64,000 nucleotides of DNA from Alphaproteobacteria bacterium (GCA_024280095.1 JAJRQU010000019.1:508-64507), one strand, 5' to 3'; positions 19,449-29,233 are shown, counted from the stretch's first letter. Translations and numbers: made by a program. Notes: generated by a model not told the origin, from the sequence alone.

Positions 19449-21868
19449 CGGCAATATTTAATCATGGGCCACTTTTTGAAAAAATTAACAGCCATAGCCG
19501 CCTGACGGACAATGAGGTTCTTGAGCTTACTGATGAGCATGATCTTGCCGCACTATGTCGGAATGCGCGAGATATTCGTGACCGGACTTACGGCTCTACG
19601 ATCACTTATTCGCGCAAGGTCTTTATTCCTCTCACCCAGCTTTGCCGGGATGTGTGTCATTATTGTACATTTGCCAAGACACCGGGCGCTGTGGCCGCGC
19701 CCTATCTTTCTGTCGCCGAGGCGGTGGAGATTGCGAAGAAGGGTAAAGCGCAAGGCTGCAAGGAAGTTCTTTTCACCTTGGGCGAAAAACCGGAATTGAG
19801 GTTCAAATCCGCGCGTAAGGCACTTGACGCGATGGGCTATGCAACAACCCTTGAATATTTACGGGATGTTGCCGAGGCGACTTTTAAGGAAACGGGGCTT
19901 TTGCCGCATTTGAACGCAGGCTGCATGACAGATCAGGAGTTTAAGATGCTGCGCCCAGTATCTGCTTCAATGGGCGTGATGCTTGAAACCGCATCTGAAC
20001 GCCTGTCCGAGAAAGGTGGCCCTCATTACGGTTCACCAGATAAAATGCCGGCGGCAAGGCTGGATACGATTGCGCGCGCCGGTCAAAATAAAGTGCCGGT
20101 CACTTCCGGTATTTTGATCGGTATCGGCGAGACGCGGCGCGAGCGTATTGAAAGTCTGCTGGCATTGCGGGCCCTTAACGATAAATATGGCCATCTGCAA
20201 GAAGTCATCATTCAGAATTTTCGGGCCAAACCGGATACAAAAATGGCTTTGGCAACAGAGCCTGACCTTGAAGAAATGCTCTGGACCATCGCAATTGCCC
20301 GGATTATTATGGATCCCGAAATTTCCATTCAGGCCCCGCCCAACCTCAATGAGAAGACCCTTGCGGCTCTGATCGATGCCGGGATCAACGATTGGGGCGG
20401 CCTGTCACCTGTTACCATCGATCATGTTAATCCAGAGGCCCCCTGGCCGCAGTTGCAGTCGTTGATAAACCAAACAGAATCTGCGGGTAAAGATCTTGCG
20501 GAACGTTTGACCGTCTATCCCCGTTATATTCGAAAGTCCGGGGAATGGATTGACAAAGGCCTGCGTAAGGCTGTCATCCATTTCAGCGATTCAGAAGGCT
20601 TGGCGCGCTGTGAAGAATGGGCTGCCGGTCAAGCATCCCCCATTCCTGAAAAATATATTCATAAGGGGCGCGCGCAGGCTGAAACCACAATCCAGAGAAT
20701 TGTGAAACAGGCAAAAGGCGGGAACCCTCTTTCTGAAGGTGATATTATTGCACTGTTTGCGGCACAGGGGCGAACGGTTGAATATATTTGTCAGGAAGCT
20801 GATGCCCTGCGAAAGAAGGTCGTCGGTGATGGGGTATCCTTTGTGGTAAACCGCAATATAAACTATACGAATATTTGCACTTTCTCCTGTTCATTCTGTG
20901 CTTTTGCCAAAGGGAAGACGCAGGAAAATCTACGTGGCCGTCCTTATAATCTCTCCTATGAGGAGATTGTATCCCGGGTGAGAGAAGCCTCTGACAGGGG
21001 CGCGACCGAAGTTTGCCTGCAGGGCGGCATCCACCCTAGGTTTAACGGCGAAACCTATTTGGAAATCTGCCGCCGGATCAGGGCTGCGGTGCCGCACATG
21101 CATATCCATGCCTTTTCCCCGCTTGAGGTCTGGCATGGCGCGACGTCTCTTGGAATTGGTCTGCCGGATTATCTGCGTCAATTGAAGGATGCCGGTTTGA
21201 ACACACTTCCCGGGACGGCGGCGGAAATACTTGATGATGATATGAGGGCAATCTTATGCCCTGATAAATTAACCACGGATCTCTGGCTTGATATTATTTC
21301 TGCCGCACATGCTGCCGGTTTCAATACCACGGCAACCATCATGTTTGGTCATGTGGATGAGCCTGTTCATTGGGCCCGACACCTGATCAGGATCAGGGAT
21401 CTGCAAAAACAGAGCCTCGCGGCCGGGAAAGGCAGATTTACTGAATTTGTTCCCCTGCCGTTTGTCCATATGGAATCCCCTATACATCTGAAATCCACGG
21501 CAAGGCTTGGCCCGACTTTCCGTGAATCGATTTTGATGCACGCCATCGCCCGCCTCGTGCTCCATCCTGTGATTACCAATATTCAGGCGTCATGGACTAA
21601 ACTTGGCGCGGATGGCGCGGCTCTTTGCCTTGATGCTGGCGTTAACGATTTGGGGGGCACGTTGATGGATGAATCCATTGCGCGCGCGGCGGGGGCAAGC
21701 CACGGACAGAATCTAAGCGCAGATGACCTGTCGCAAATTATATCCTCGGCGGGCCGCGACCCCTGGCAACGCACGACTGAATATGGGGTTGTACAAAATT
21801 CTGGCCTGTTAATAAATAATGTGGGTGACACAATTCCTCAGGTTCGGCGGGAGACGCCGATTACTTAA
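19445..21868 (+). CDS. fbiC: Bifunctional FO synthase (CofG-CofH fusion)
   Basis: Two radical-SAM motifs (CRDVCHYC and CTFSCSFC), TYSRKVFIPLT, PGTAAEILDD, NDLGGTLMDESI. Confidence 0.97.
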   Translation: MTAIFNHGPLFEKINSHSRLTDNEVLELTDEHDLAALCRNARDIRDRTYGSTITYSRKVFIPLTQLCRDVCHYCTFAKTPGAVAAPYLSVAEAVEIAKKGKAQGCKEVLFTLGEKPELRFKSARKALDAMGYATTLEYLRDVAEATFKETGLLPHLNAGCMTDQEFKMLRPVSASMGVMLETASERLSEKGGPHYGSPDKMPAARLDTIARAGQNKVPVTSGILIGIGETRRERIESLLALRALNDKYGHLQEVIIQNFRAKPDTKMALATEPDLEEMLWTIAIARIIMDPEISIQAPPNLNEKTLAALIDAGINDWGGLSPVTIDHVNPEAPWPQLQSLINQTESAGKDLAERLTVYPRYIRKSGEWIDKGLRKAVIHFSDSEGLARCEEWAAGQASPIPEKYIHKGRAQAETTIQRIVKQAKGGNPLSEGDIIALFAAQGRTVEYICQEADALRKKVVGDGVSFVVNRNINYTNICTFSCSFCAFAKGKTQENLRGRPYNLSYEEIVSRVREASDRGATEVCLQGGIHPRFNGETYLEICRRIRAAVPHMHIHAFSPLEVWHGATSLGIGLPDYLRQLKDAGLNTLPGTAAEILDDDMRAILCPDKLTTDLWLDIISAAHAAGFNTTATIMFGHVDEPVHWARHLIRIRDLQKQSLAAGKGRFTEFVPLPFVHMESPIHLKSTARLGPTFRESILMHAIARLVLHPVITNIQASWTKLGADGAALCLDAGVNDLGGTLMDESIARAAGASHGQNLSADDLSQIISSAGRDPWQRTTEYGVVQNSGLLINNVGDTIPQVRRETPIT

Positions 21869-21883
21869 TGCGTTGATGGTTTT

Positions 21884-22840
21884 TTAGCGATCCGGGCCGC
21901 AGCGGATATGATATTGCTGTATAATTTCACCAAGAATTGAAAGGGCTAATGTGTCAGGATCCCCAGAAGAATGGAACAGGCCGATGGGCCCGTGGATCGT
22001 GTCGATCTTTTTGCCGCTGACGCCTAGGTCTTTCAGTATATGACGTCTGTTTGTATGGGCGATTTTGCTGCCCATTGCGCCAATATAGAAATGGGGATTC
22101 CTGAGCGCATGCGCCAAGAGCACCCCTTCCCAATCGTGGTCATGAAACAGAAATACAATAGCCGTCCATTGATCTGATTGGATGAGGCTTGTGTGGCCCA
22201 TTGTTTTGAAACTCTTTGCGTTGAAAGAGGCAGCCCGCAGGTCATTGGCAAGCAAGATGTCCGGAGTGAAAATCTCAATCGTTGCGCCAAAAGCGTGCGC
22301 TTGCCGGGCCAAAGAATGAACCGGGCCGCCATGGCCTATAATCAACAGTTTGGGGTGCGGGTAATGCCCGACCCAAAGACACCCCTCCCGTTTCTCAATT
22401 TTTTGGGCTTCAATTTTTGAGGCAGCGAGAGGCTGAAATAAAATATCTTCTGCGCCTGCGGGCAAGCCGATCTGAAACGGCTCACGCTTTTCAAAAGCCT
22501 CAACGGCAGGCTTGCTGAAGGTATCATTCTTGATCGGAAAAAACAGGAGATCGAGTCCGCCGCCGCAGGGCAGTTTTATATCCAGATAAGGAGAACCTTT
22601 GCCGAACCGCACCAAACGCGGCTCACCTTGTATTATGGCGTTCTGCGCCTCTGCAACAACAGCAGCTTCAATGCAGCCGCCAGAAAAGGACCCGGAAAAT
22701 TCACCGCTCTCTGAAACCCCCATATGATCGCCTGGATTGCGTATAGATGATCCTTGGACATTTGTAACCGTGACAAGGGCTGTCTTTTCCTTTTTCTTGG
22801 CTTTGTCGGCCAAAAACTTAAAAATTTTTTGACTGTCCAT
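21884..22840 (-). CDS. XdhC/CoxI family Mo-cofactor insertion chaperone
   Basis: GSFSGGCIE, LPCGGGL, YIGAMGS, IHGPIGL...ALSILGEI. Confidence 0.93.
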   Translation of the reverse strand: MDSQKIFKFLADKAKKKEKTALVTVTNVQGSSIRNPGDHMGVSESGEFSGSFSGGCIEAAVVAEAQNAIIQGEPRLVRFGKGSPYLDIKLPCGGGLDLLFFPIKNDTFSKPAVEAFEKREPFQIGLPAGAEDILFQPLAASKIEAQKIEKREGCLWVGHYPHPKLLIIGHGGPVHSLARQAHAFGATIEIFTPDILLANDLRAASFNAKSFKTMGHTSLIQSDQWTAIVFLFHDHDWEGVLLAHALRNPHFYIGAMGSKIAHTNRRHILKDLGVSGKKIDTIHGPIGLFHSSGDPDTLALSILGEIIQQYHIRCGPDR

Positions 22841-22919
22841 CGGGCGTTTCCTGTATTCTTCGTATAAATGTGAAAAGAGGGTGGTGGTATAGGTAAGCTA
22901 ATTGAGGCATTCATACGGG

Positions 22920-23963
22920 TCATGGCAAGGGGCAAACCATGACATGTCCATCGAAAATCGCGCCGACGACCAGTGTTTTATTGTGAACGGCACCAACGCT
23001 GGAGGCATTGATTTCACCATCAAGCGCGACAAATACATCCTCGACGGTGCCATCCTGCGGATTAAGTGTGGCCACGTGTGAGGGCGCAACCGCATTTTGA
23101 TCGCCAGCATGTTTCATATATTCAAAAAGTCTGGCCTGACCGGCAACCCATATTTTGCCGGACTGATCCACATCGATATTGTCCGGGGCGAGATTAACCT
23201 TGAACCTTCTGCGATTATCCAGCGCGCCTGTTGCAATATCACGATCAAAGACACTGACCTGGCGTTTCGTAAGTTCTGAGACATAAATTGTTTTACCATC
23301 CGGGGACTGGTTAATACCGGCCGCAAAAGACAGCCCCTTTTTGATATACTGCCCTTCATTGCCATCGAAATAGGCAATGCTTGCAAAGGGCAGAGCGAAA
23401 TATTGTTCGAGCGAAGAGAGCAGTCCGGTTTCATAACCGCGGTCATTGGCTATGTAAAACTGACGCGGGCCAACTGCAATAACATCATTGGGTGCGTGCA
23501 TGGCGGCAAATGTAATGCTTTCAAGATGGGTAAGCATGCCTTTGGCACCAACTGAAAAAATCTCAACAAAATCATTATCTCTTGAAGAATGGTTGACAGC
23601 AAAAAGCCGCGTTTCACCGTTCTCTCCATGCCAGATGCTGATGCCATGAGGGTGAAAATTTGTCATTTCTATCGGGGATGCACGGGTCACTAATTCTGGG
23701 TTGCCCAGATCAAACACAAAAATACCGTCGCCTGTTTTGCCGCCAGCGGCGCGCCGGTTTGTCGCCGAGACAAATACCAGATTTGTTTTGTGGTCAATGG
23801 CGACATCTTCTGTTCCCGGTGCAATATCAAGCGCCCGGCATGATTTTGCCAGTTTTGGCTCAAGCGTATCAAAAACCCCCGCTATCGGCAAGAGAACCGA
23901 GAGAAACCACATAGCAATTATAAGTACCAACAAGACAAGCGCGACCGCAATTCGTTTTATCAT
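22920..23963 (-). CDS. Paraoxonase/arylesterase (six-bladed beta-propeller, SMP-30-like)
   Basis: N-terminal anchor; GTEDV, FHPHGIS, LFAVNH, PNDVIAVG...FYIAND and PDNIDVD, as in the PON family. Confidence 0.85.
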   Translation of the reverse strand: MIKRIAVALVLLVLIIAMWFLSVLLPIAGVFDTLEPKLAKSCRALDIAPGTEDVAIDHKTNLVFVSATNRRAAGGKTGDGIFVFDLGNPELVTRASPIEMTNFHPHGISIWHGENGETRLFAVNHSSRDNDFVEIFSVGAKGMLTHLESITFAAMHAPNDVIAVGPRQFYIANDRGYETGLLSSLEQYFALPFASIAYFDGNEGQYIKKGLSFAAGINQSPDGKTIYVSELTKRQVSVFDRDIATGALDNRRRFKVNLAPDNIDVDQSGKIWVAGQARLFEYMKHAGDQNAVAPSHVATLNPQDGTVEDVFVALDGEINASSVGAVHNKTLVVGAIFDGHVMVCPLP

Positions 23964-24009
23964 ATAACCCTCCGCATGATATTAATGGGTGAGTTTACGT
24001 GCGATATAG

Positions 24010-24035
24010 CTATCTGCTATGATATTTGCGCCAAT
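24010..24035 (-). promoter_or_regulatory. Conserved 26-bp upstream motif, copy A
   Basis: CTATCTGCTATGATATTTGCGCCAAT (+ strand) is 24/26 identical to 25571-25596. Confidence 0.55.
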
Positions 24036-24076
24036 TTTGTAATATGGCAGTATTTCTATAATGCTGTCTCTTATTC

Positions 24077-25489
24077 TTACATGAATTTTTTCAGTATATT
24101 CAGGATTTTTTTGGTTTTTTCCGTATAGGGCGGGAAGAGCATTTTACCGCCGCTAAAGCGGCTCTGGAAGAATACCCCTTTCATATGGGAGAAGGTTTGA
24201 AATCCATGCTCGCCATGATATGCTCCCATGCCGGACGGGCCGATGCCGCCAAAGGGAATATCTTCCTGCACCACCTGCCAGGCGGTTTCGTTAATTGCGG
24301 CTCCTCCGGAAATACTGTTTTTGAGGACATGATCGCGTTTGGCTTTGTTTTCGCCGAACCAATAGAGCGCCAAAGGCCGTTCCCGGCTTTGGATATATTT
24401 CAGGGAATCTTCGAGGGTCGCACTGGCCACTATCGGCAGGAGGGGGCCGAAAATTTCTTCTTGCATGATCCGCATATCGGGCGTGCAATTGGTCACAACC
24501 GTCAAGGGAATGCGGCGTTCTTGCGCCAGCACTTGTGCGTTGTCATTTCCGGCTGTTCGCAGGGTTGCGCCCTTGTTTTTTGCGTCTTCGAGCAGGCTTT
24601 GCAGGCGGGCATAATGGCTGCTGGCTATAATTGATGTATAGTCCGGATTGCCGGCAAAAGCAGGATAAAATTCTTCGGCCTTGGCAATCAAAGCCTCTGA
24701 AAAGGCCTCGATTCCATGCTGGGGCATCAACACATAATCCGGTGCCACGCAGGTCTGGCCGGCATTGAGCAATTTACCATTTGTGATGCGCGCAATGGTC
24801 AGCTTTAAATTGGCGCTCTCATCTATAATTACTGGTGATTTTCCGCCAAGTTCCAGCGTTACAGGGGTTAAATTCTTGGCCGCAGCGCTCGCGACCATGC
24901 GCCCGACATTGGTCGATCCTGTAAACAGCAAATGATCAAAGGGCAGAGCCGAAAATTCTTGCGCAACCTCCGGGCCGCCAATGGCCACATAAACCTCATC
25001 GTCTGAAAAAATTTCGCCAAGAACAGATTTCAGCAAATCCGAAAATCGCGGCGTATATTCGCTGGGTTTAATCATAACGCGGTTGCCGGCCCCCAGCGCC
25101 CCGATGAGCGGCATAATGGCCAGTTGTAAAGGGTAATTCCACGGGCTGATAATTCCGATAACGCCGAGGGGCTGGGGCATTATTTTGTTTGAGGCGGGCT
25201 TAAACTGCAACGCCGTGGGGGCTTTTCTTGTTCGCATCCATTTTTGTGTATGCTTAAGCGCGTGTTTAATGCCGCCATGGATGACGGACACTTCCGCCAG
25301 TGTTGTTTCGATGAAGGACCGATGACCAAAATCCTCGGAAATAGTTTGTTGGAACCTAAGCTCATTCTCATTGATGAGTTTGCCGAGCTTTACCAGCTTC
25401 TCTTTACGCTCGTCCCATGGCGAATTTGAGTTTGCATTAAAAGCGGTTCTCTGTGCGTGCAGTATTTGGTTCAGATTGCTCTTGGACAT
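24077..25489 (-). CDS. calB: Coniferyl-aldehyde-dehydrogenase-like aldehyde dehydrogenase
   Basis: PWNYP, KPSE, FTGST, TLELGGKSP, NAGQTCVAPDY, QEEIFGP, PFGGIGPSGMGAYHG. Confidence 0.85.
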   Translation of the reverse strand: MSKSNLNQILHAQRTAFNANSNSPWDERKEKLVKLGKLINENELRFQQTISEDFGHRSFIETTLAEVSVIHGGIKHALKHTQKWMRTRKAPTALQFKPASNKIMPQPLGVIGIISPWNYPLQLAIMPLIGALGAGNRVMIKPSEYTPRFSDLLKSVLGEIFSDDEVYVAIGGPEVAQEFSALPFDHLLFTGSTNVGRMVASAAAKNLTPVTLELGGKSPVIIDESANLKLTIARITNGKLLNAGQTCVAPDYVLMPQHGIEAFSEALIAKAEEFYPAFAGNPDYTSIIASSHYARLQSLLEDAKNKGATLRTAGNDNAQVLAQERRIPLTVVTNCTPDMRIMQEEIFGPLLPIVASATLEDSLKYIQSRERPLALYWFGENKAKRDHVLKNSISGGAAINETAWQVVQEDIPFGGIGPSGMGAYHGEHGFQTFSHMKGVFFQSRFSGGKMLFPPYTEKTKKILNILKKFM

Positions 25490-25570
25490 TACCATCACCT
25501 AATTGTTGCTTTTGCCATTATTATACGGCCCTTTGCATAATATTAAAGTATGATTTTATGCACAATGGTT

Positions 25571-25596
25571 CTATCCGCTATGATATATGCGCCAAT
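25571..25596 (-). promoter_or_regulatory. Conserved 26-bp upstream motif, copy B
   Basis: CTATCCGCTATGATATATGCGCCAAT (+ strand), upstream of the aldehyde dehydrogenase. Confidence 0.55.
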
Positions 25597-25718
25597 GCCA
25601 TTACAAATACTGCGGGCAATATTAGCCAAAAAGATTTATCTGGATTCCGTATCTAAGCGCAGACTGCTCTAAACCTCTACTTTGAAGCGGTTTAGCTGTT
25701 TTTAGCACCACGGTCTTT

Positions 25719-26783
25719 TTATGGTTTCTGGCTGTTATTTTTTTTCAGCAATCCACCGAATTGGAAATAGTCTGCCAAGAAAATCAGAAAAGGGAAGGTA
25801 ATAGACAGCAGGGCCGAGGACAGCCATATTTCGCGTTCAAATGTCGGAGGGCCGCTGCCTAATTCCTTTGTGGTCAGGCCAGAAAACGCGATAAACAGGT
25901 TCGCCAGAATAATGCCGGTAACGAGTGCCAAAGAAACTTTCAACAGACCCTTTACAGGTTGCCTGACATTAGGAAATAGTGAGTCCTGTAACATATTGAG
26001 GACAATAACGGAACCAAACACAAAGGGTATGGGCAGGAGCACCATGAAGGATACAACATTTATCTTGAATAATATAACCCCCAGATAATAAAGCAAACTG
26101 GTCAGGCATAAGGCCAAGAGCGTAAAGGCTATGCCCAGCACCGGTTGTTTCATGAGGGCAGGAAATTTGACCAAAGGCCATAAATCAAAATGCAGAATAA
26201 CAAACATGATGGAGATAAAAGACACATAAAAAACGGTTACATTCCAGCCATTAAACAATCCGTTAGGATCAAGGCTTGCGACATAAACGGGGGTTCCAAT
26301 TAAAAAAGCATAATTATAAAAAAGGTAAAATAATGCCAAACTAATTATATAGGTGAGCAAAACGATTGCCAGCCCTGCGATGACGGGATGCTTTATTCTG
26401 GGAACTATTGGCCAGCCGCCCATGATAATGGTGAGCCAGAACATCGTGCCAATGACGGTAATGGTGAAATGAACCAGCATCGGCGCAAGCGGTTGAAGGC
26501 CGCCGCCGATGGTATAAAACATGATACAACCCGCGATTACGCCCCCGAGCAAGGTGATTCCTATTAAATATAAGCCTTTTGCGGGTTGGGCTGATCTGGT
26601 AATAAATTCGGGGCTGTTGCGCCCCCATATCACACCAATCATGATGGATATGGGGATCGCACACATAAGGCTGTAGGACACCCATCCCGTAAACCATTCA
26701 AAACTGAACAGCGAGATGAAGCCCAATGAAAGGGCGATAATAAGTAGGGTCGCCAGAATGCCTGCAATGGGTTGTTTAAACAT
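25719..26783 (-). CDS. Hypothetical polytopic membrane protein with four internal repeats (putative transporter)
   Basis: About 10 hydrophobic segments; recurring QPAKGL / HPVIAGL / QPVLGI / QPVKGL. Confidence 0.75.
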   Translation of the reverse strand: MFKQPIAGILATLLIIALSLGFISLFSFEWFTGWVSYSLMCAIPISIMIGVIWGRNSPEFITRSAQPAKGLYLIGITLLGGVIAGCIMFYTIGGGLQPLAPMLVHFTITVIGTMFWLTIIMGGWPIVPRIKHPVIAGLAIVLLTYIISLALFYLFYNYAFLIGTPVYVASLDPNGLFNGWNVTVFYVSFISIMFVILHFDLWPLVKFPALMKQPVLGIAFTLLALCLTSLLYYLGVILFKINVVSFMVLLPIPFVFGSVIVLNMLQDSLFPNVRQPVKGLLKVSLALVTGIILANLFIAFSGLTTKELGSGPPTFEREIWLSSALLSITFPFLIFLADYFQFGGLLKKNNSQKP

Positions 26784-26830
26784 TCTGGTTTTTCCCTATT
26801 TTATTCACTCAAATTTGGTGAAAACCGACA

Positions 26831-28483
26831 TTACCCAAGAAGAGAGGCAAAAGCGGTTTTGACCGTTGCAAGGCTGCGCTTGGAACTATCAGGGACTCTG
26901 GCGAGGATATGCCCGTCAGGTCTGACAATAAGAGCGCCGGCCTTTGGCAGCCCAATGGATTGCAGCCATGCTTTTGCACCGTCATATGCGTCATTCAATA
27001 TTACGGTGCGATTTGGCACGCCAATCTCGTCGCATAATGCCGCCCAGTCGCCGTTATCGGGGCCTGACATGATGGTAAAGGCGGTTGGGTCAAGCAGGTC
27101 AAGAGTTGACATTTTCTGACCGTCTTTTGTCAACCATGCATGGGGCATGCGAAACCCTACATCAGCGCGAGGGACAAAGACCTCGACATCGCCGGTATAT
27201 TCTTCGCTATAGCTGAAGCCAAGTTGCAAACCGATAGAATTGAAATGCTGCCGTTGGACTTCGACGGCTTCATTGATGCGTTTCTGACGCCCGCCTTCGC
27301 TTAACCATGCCTTGAAAGCTGTTTCGGACTGCCATATTTCTGCGGGGCAGGACAGCTCGGAAAGGGCGCCAAGCCGTTTGGCATTGGCAAGACTTTGGTC
27401 GGCATTTTGTGTCGCAATAGGCAGGCTTTCACGTTCATAACTGTCCAGCAGCTTGTCCGTGGCCCAGCCCTTCATGACACCGGCAATTTTCCAAGCCAGA
27501 TTATTGCCCTCAAGCATGCCCGTATTAAGTCCCAGGCCACCGGAAGGCGGGAAGCGGTGCGCGGCATCGCCGATCAGAAAGAAACGGTCTTTCCGATAGG
27601 TTTCCGCAATCTCCGAGTTCATGGTCCATGGGATGGCGAATTTAAATTTCAGGTCATCCATTTCAAAACCAACGGCTTTTCTGATCAACTCAAGGCAATG
27701 TTCCTCGGTATATTTGGATGTATCGAGTTCCGTATAGGGCATCAGGCAAATCAGGCACCATAATTTTTCAGGATCATAACAAAGCAGTGTCGAGTTACAT
27801 TCAGGATCGGTAAGCCAGTAAATAACGCCGGGACGATCAGCAACCTCTTTTCGTAAATCGGCGGAAAAGGTGATGCTCATACAAGCCATGACATTGGCAT
27901 CGCCGGTCATGCCGATACCCAGATTTTGTCTGACCGGGCTGCCTGCCCCGTCAGCAGCAATCACATAGGTGCTGTCAATGGAATATGAACCGTCTGCTGT
28001 ACTGATCTGGGATGTGACACCATCTGATGTTTCTTGGGCATCTTTCCATGTGTGTCCGCGCCTTAACTCTGTAAGCGGGCAATTCGCAACCGCTTCGAGC
28101 AAGACTTCCTCAAAATCAGGTTGGGGGATATTGATGAGTGGGGTTGGCGTAATCTCTAGGGCATCATCATCCTGTCTTTCGTAAGGAACTTTACCCAATA
28201 TTGGCGCGTCCAGACGCGGGAGAAAAAATACGCTTTCTCCATCTTCCCGGGATAGGGCGGGTGCTCTGATTTTATCGAAATCAAGGCCCATAGACCGGCA
28301 GATTTCAAGGGTGCGCGGGCTCATGGCATGGGCCTTTGGCGCAAACGAGCGGTCGATAAGTCGTTCAACAATCACTGTTCTGATACCAAATTTTGCCAGA
28401 AGTAGGGCCTGTTCGCAGCCTGACGGGCCGCCGCCTACGATGAGAACGATGTCATCGTTCGGAGTATTATTGTCAAATGCCAT
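26831..28483 (-). CDS. FAD-dependent aromatic monooxygenase (PheA/TfdB-like)
   Basis: VLIVGGGPSG, AADGAGS, GDAAHRFPPSGGLGLNTG, LLDSYERE; C-terminal GFRMPHAWL...IVRPDGHI. Confidence 0.92.
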   Translation of the reverse strand: MAFDNNTPNDDIVLIVGGGPSGCEQALLLAKFGIRTVIVERLIDRSFAPKAHAMSPRTLEICRSMGLDFDKIRAPALSREDGESVFFLPRLDAPILGKVPYERQDDDALEITPTPLINIPQPDFEEVLLEAVANCPLTELRRGHTWKDAQETSDGVTSQISTADGSYSIDSTYVIAADGAGSPVRQNLGIGMTGDANVMACMSITFSADLRKEVADRPGVIYWLTDPECNSTLLCYDPEKLWCLICLMPYTELDTSKYTEEHCLELIRKAVGFEMDDLKFKFAIPWTMNSEIAETYRKDRFFLIGDAAHRFPPSGGLGLNTGMLEGNNLAWKIAGVMKGWATDKLLDSYERESLPIATQNADQSLANAKRLGALSELSCPAEIWQSETAFKAWLSEGGRQKRINEAVEVQRQHFNSIGLQLGFSYSEEYTGDVEVFVPRADVGFRMPHAWLTKDGQKMSTLDLLDPTAFTIMSGPDNGDWAALCDEIGVPNRTVILNDAYDGAKAWLQSIGLPKAGALIVRPDGHILARVPDSSKRSLATVKTAFASLLG

Positions 28484-28543
28484 AAAGTTTTTCCTTTGAG
28501 TTTAAACGTATTTCATGCCCTGAATTATTGTTCATACCCTGGG

Positions 28544-29233
28544 TTATTTTTTTGTATTTTCCATTGAAGATAGGATTAGTTTTGTTGTTTTGTCATAATG
28601 TGCCGAAAGCAGCTCGCAGGCCAGATCGGCATCCTTGTTGAGCGCGGCTTCCATAATATCTTTATGTTCGGTCACGATGTCGCGCTTGAGAGTGTTTTTA
28701 AATAAAAGCATTGCCTTACGGTATCTGACGCTACATTCAAAAAGAGTTTGAATGAAAAGCATGAGCCATTCCGATTTGCAGGCGGAGAGCAGAGCTATAT
28801 GGAAGTCGTGGTGACCCGTTTCCCAATTGGCATCCAAGGACAAGCGTTCTCCCATTGGGGTGCGCTGAATGCGTGCCATGCGGTGATGGGCGGCAACGAG
28901 CTCGCTTTCCCAGTTCACATCGCCATTGGCAATAGATTGGCGCAAGGCAAGGCATTCCAGATCTACCCGTACGCGCTGCGTATCAATTAATTCTTTTTTG
29001 GAAATTTCGGAAACCTTGAAGCCGCGTTGATCTTCTGCCGTAATAAAGCCAGTGGCAGAAAGCCGTGACAATGCCTCACGCAATGGGTTTATACCAGCGG
29101 CATAATGTTTGCTGAGGGCATTCAGGTTGAGGCGCGTTCCCGGGGCAAATGTACCATTCACAATGTCATTACGGACTGAATCCGCGAGCTGAGAGGCCAT
29201 GGTACGTTTCTTAGTTTGCTCTTCTGTCTTCAT
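28544..29233 (-). CDS. GntR family (FCD domain) transcriptional regulator
   Basis: DIVNGTFAPGTRL...PLREALSRL, FHIAL, EHKDIMEAAL; start taken at ATG 29233. Confidence 0.92.
   Translation of the reverse strand: MKTEEQTKKRTMASQLADSVRNDIVNGTFAPGTRLNLNALSKHYAAGINPLREALSRLSATGFITAEDQRGFKVSEISKKELIDTQRVRVDLECLALRQSIANGDVNWESELVAAHHRMARIQRTPMGERLSLDANWETGHHDFHIALLSACKSEWLMLFIQTLFECSVRYRKAMLLFKNTLKRDIVTEHKDIMEAALNKDADLACELLSAHYDKTTKLILSSMENTKK

Noticed and set aside
11850-21868. Secondary-metabolite biosynthetic cluster (aminotransferase + kinase + radical SAM + F420)
   Set aside because: No scaffold-forming enzyme (NRPS, PKS, cyclitol synthase, RiPP precursor) is present, the radical SAM protein is FbiC, and import genes favour catabolism. 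Not fully excluded.
25651-25697. Imperfect hairpin or possible small repeat-element end
   Set aside because: The stem is imperfect and I found no second copy in the window; it cannot be supported beyond a possible weak terminator.
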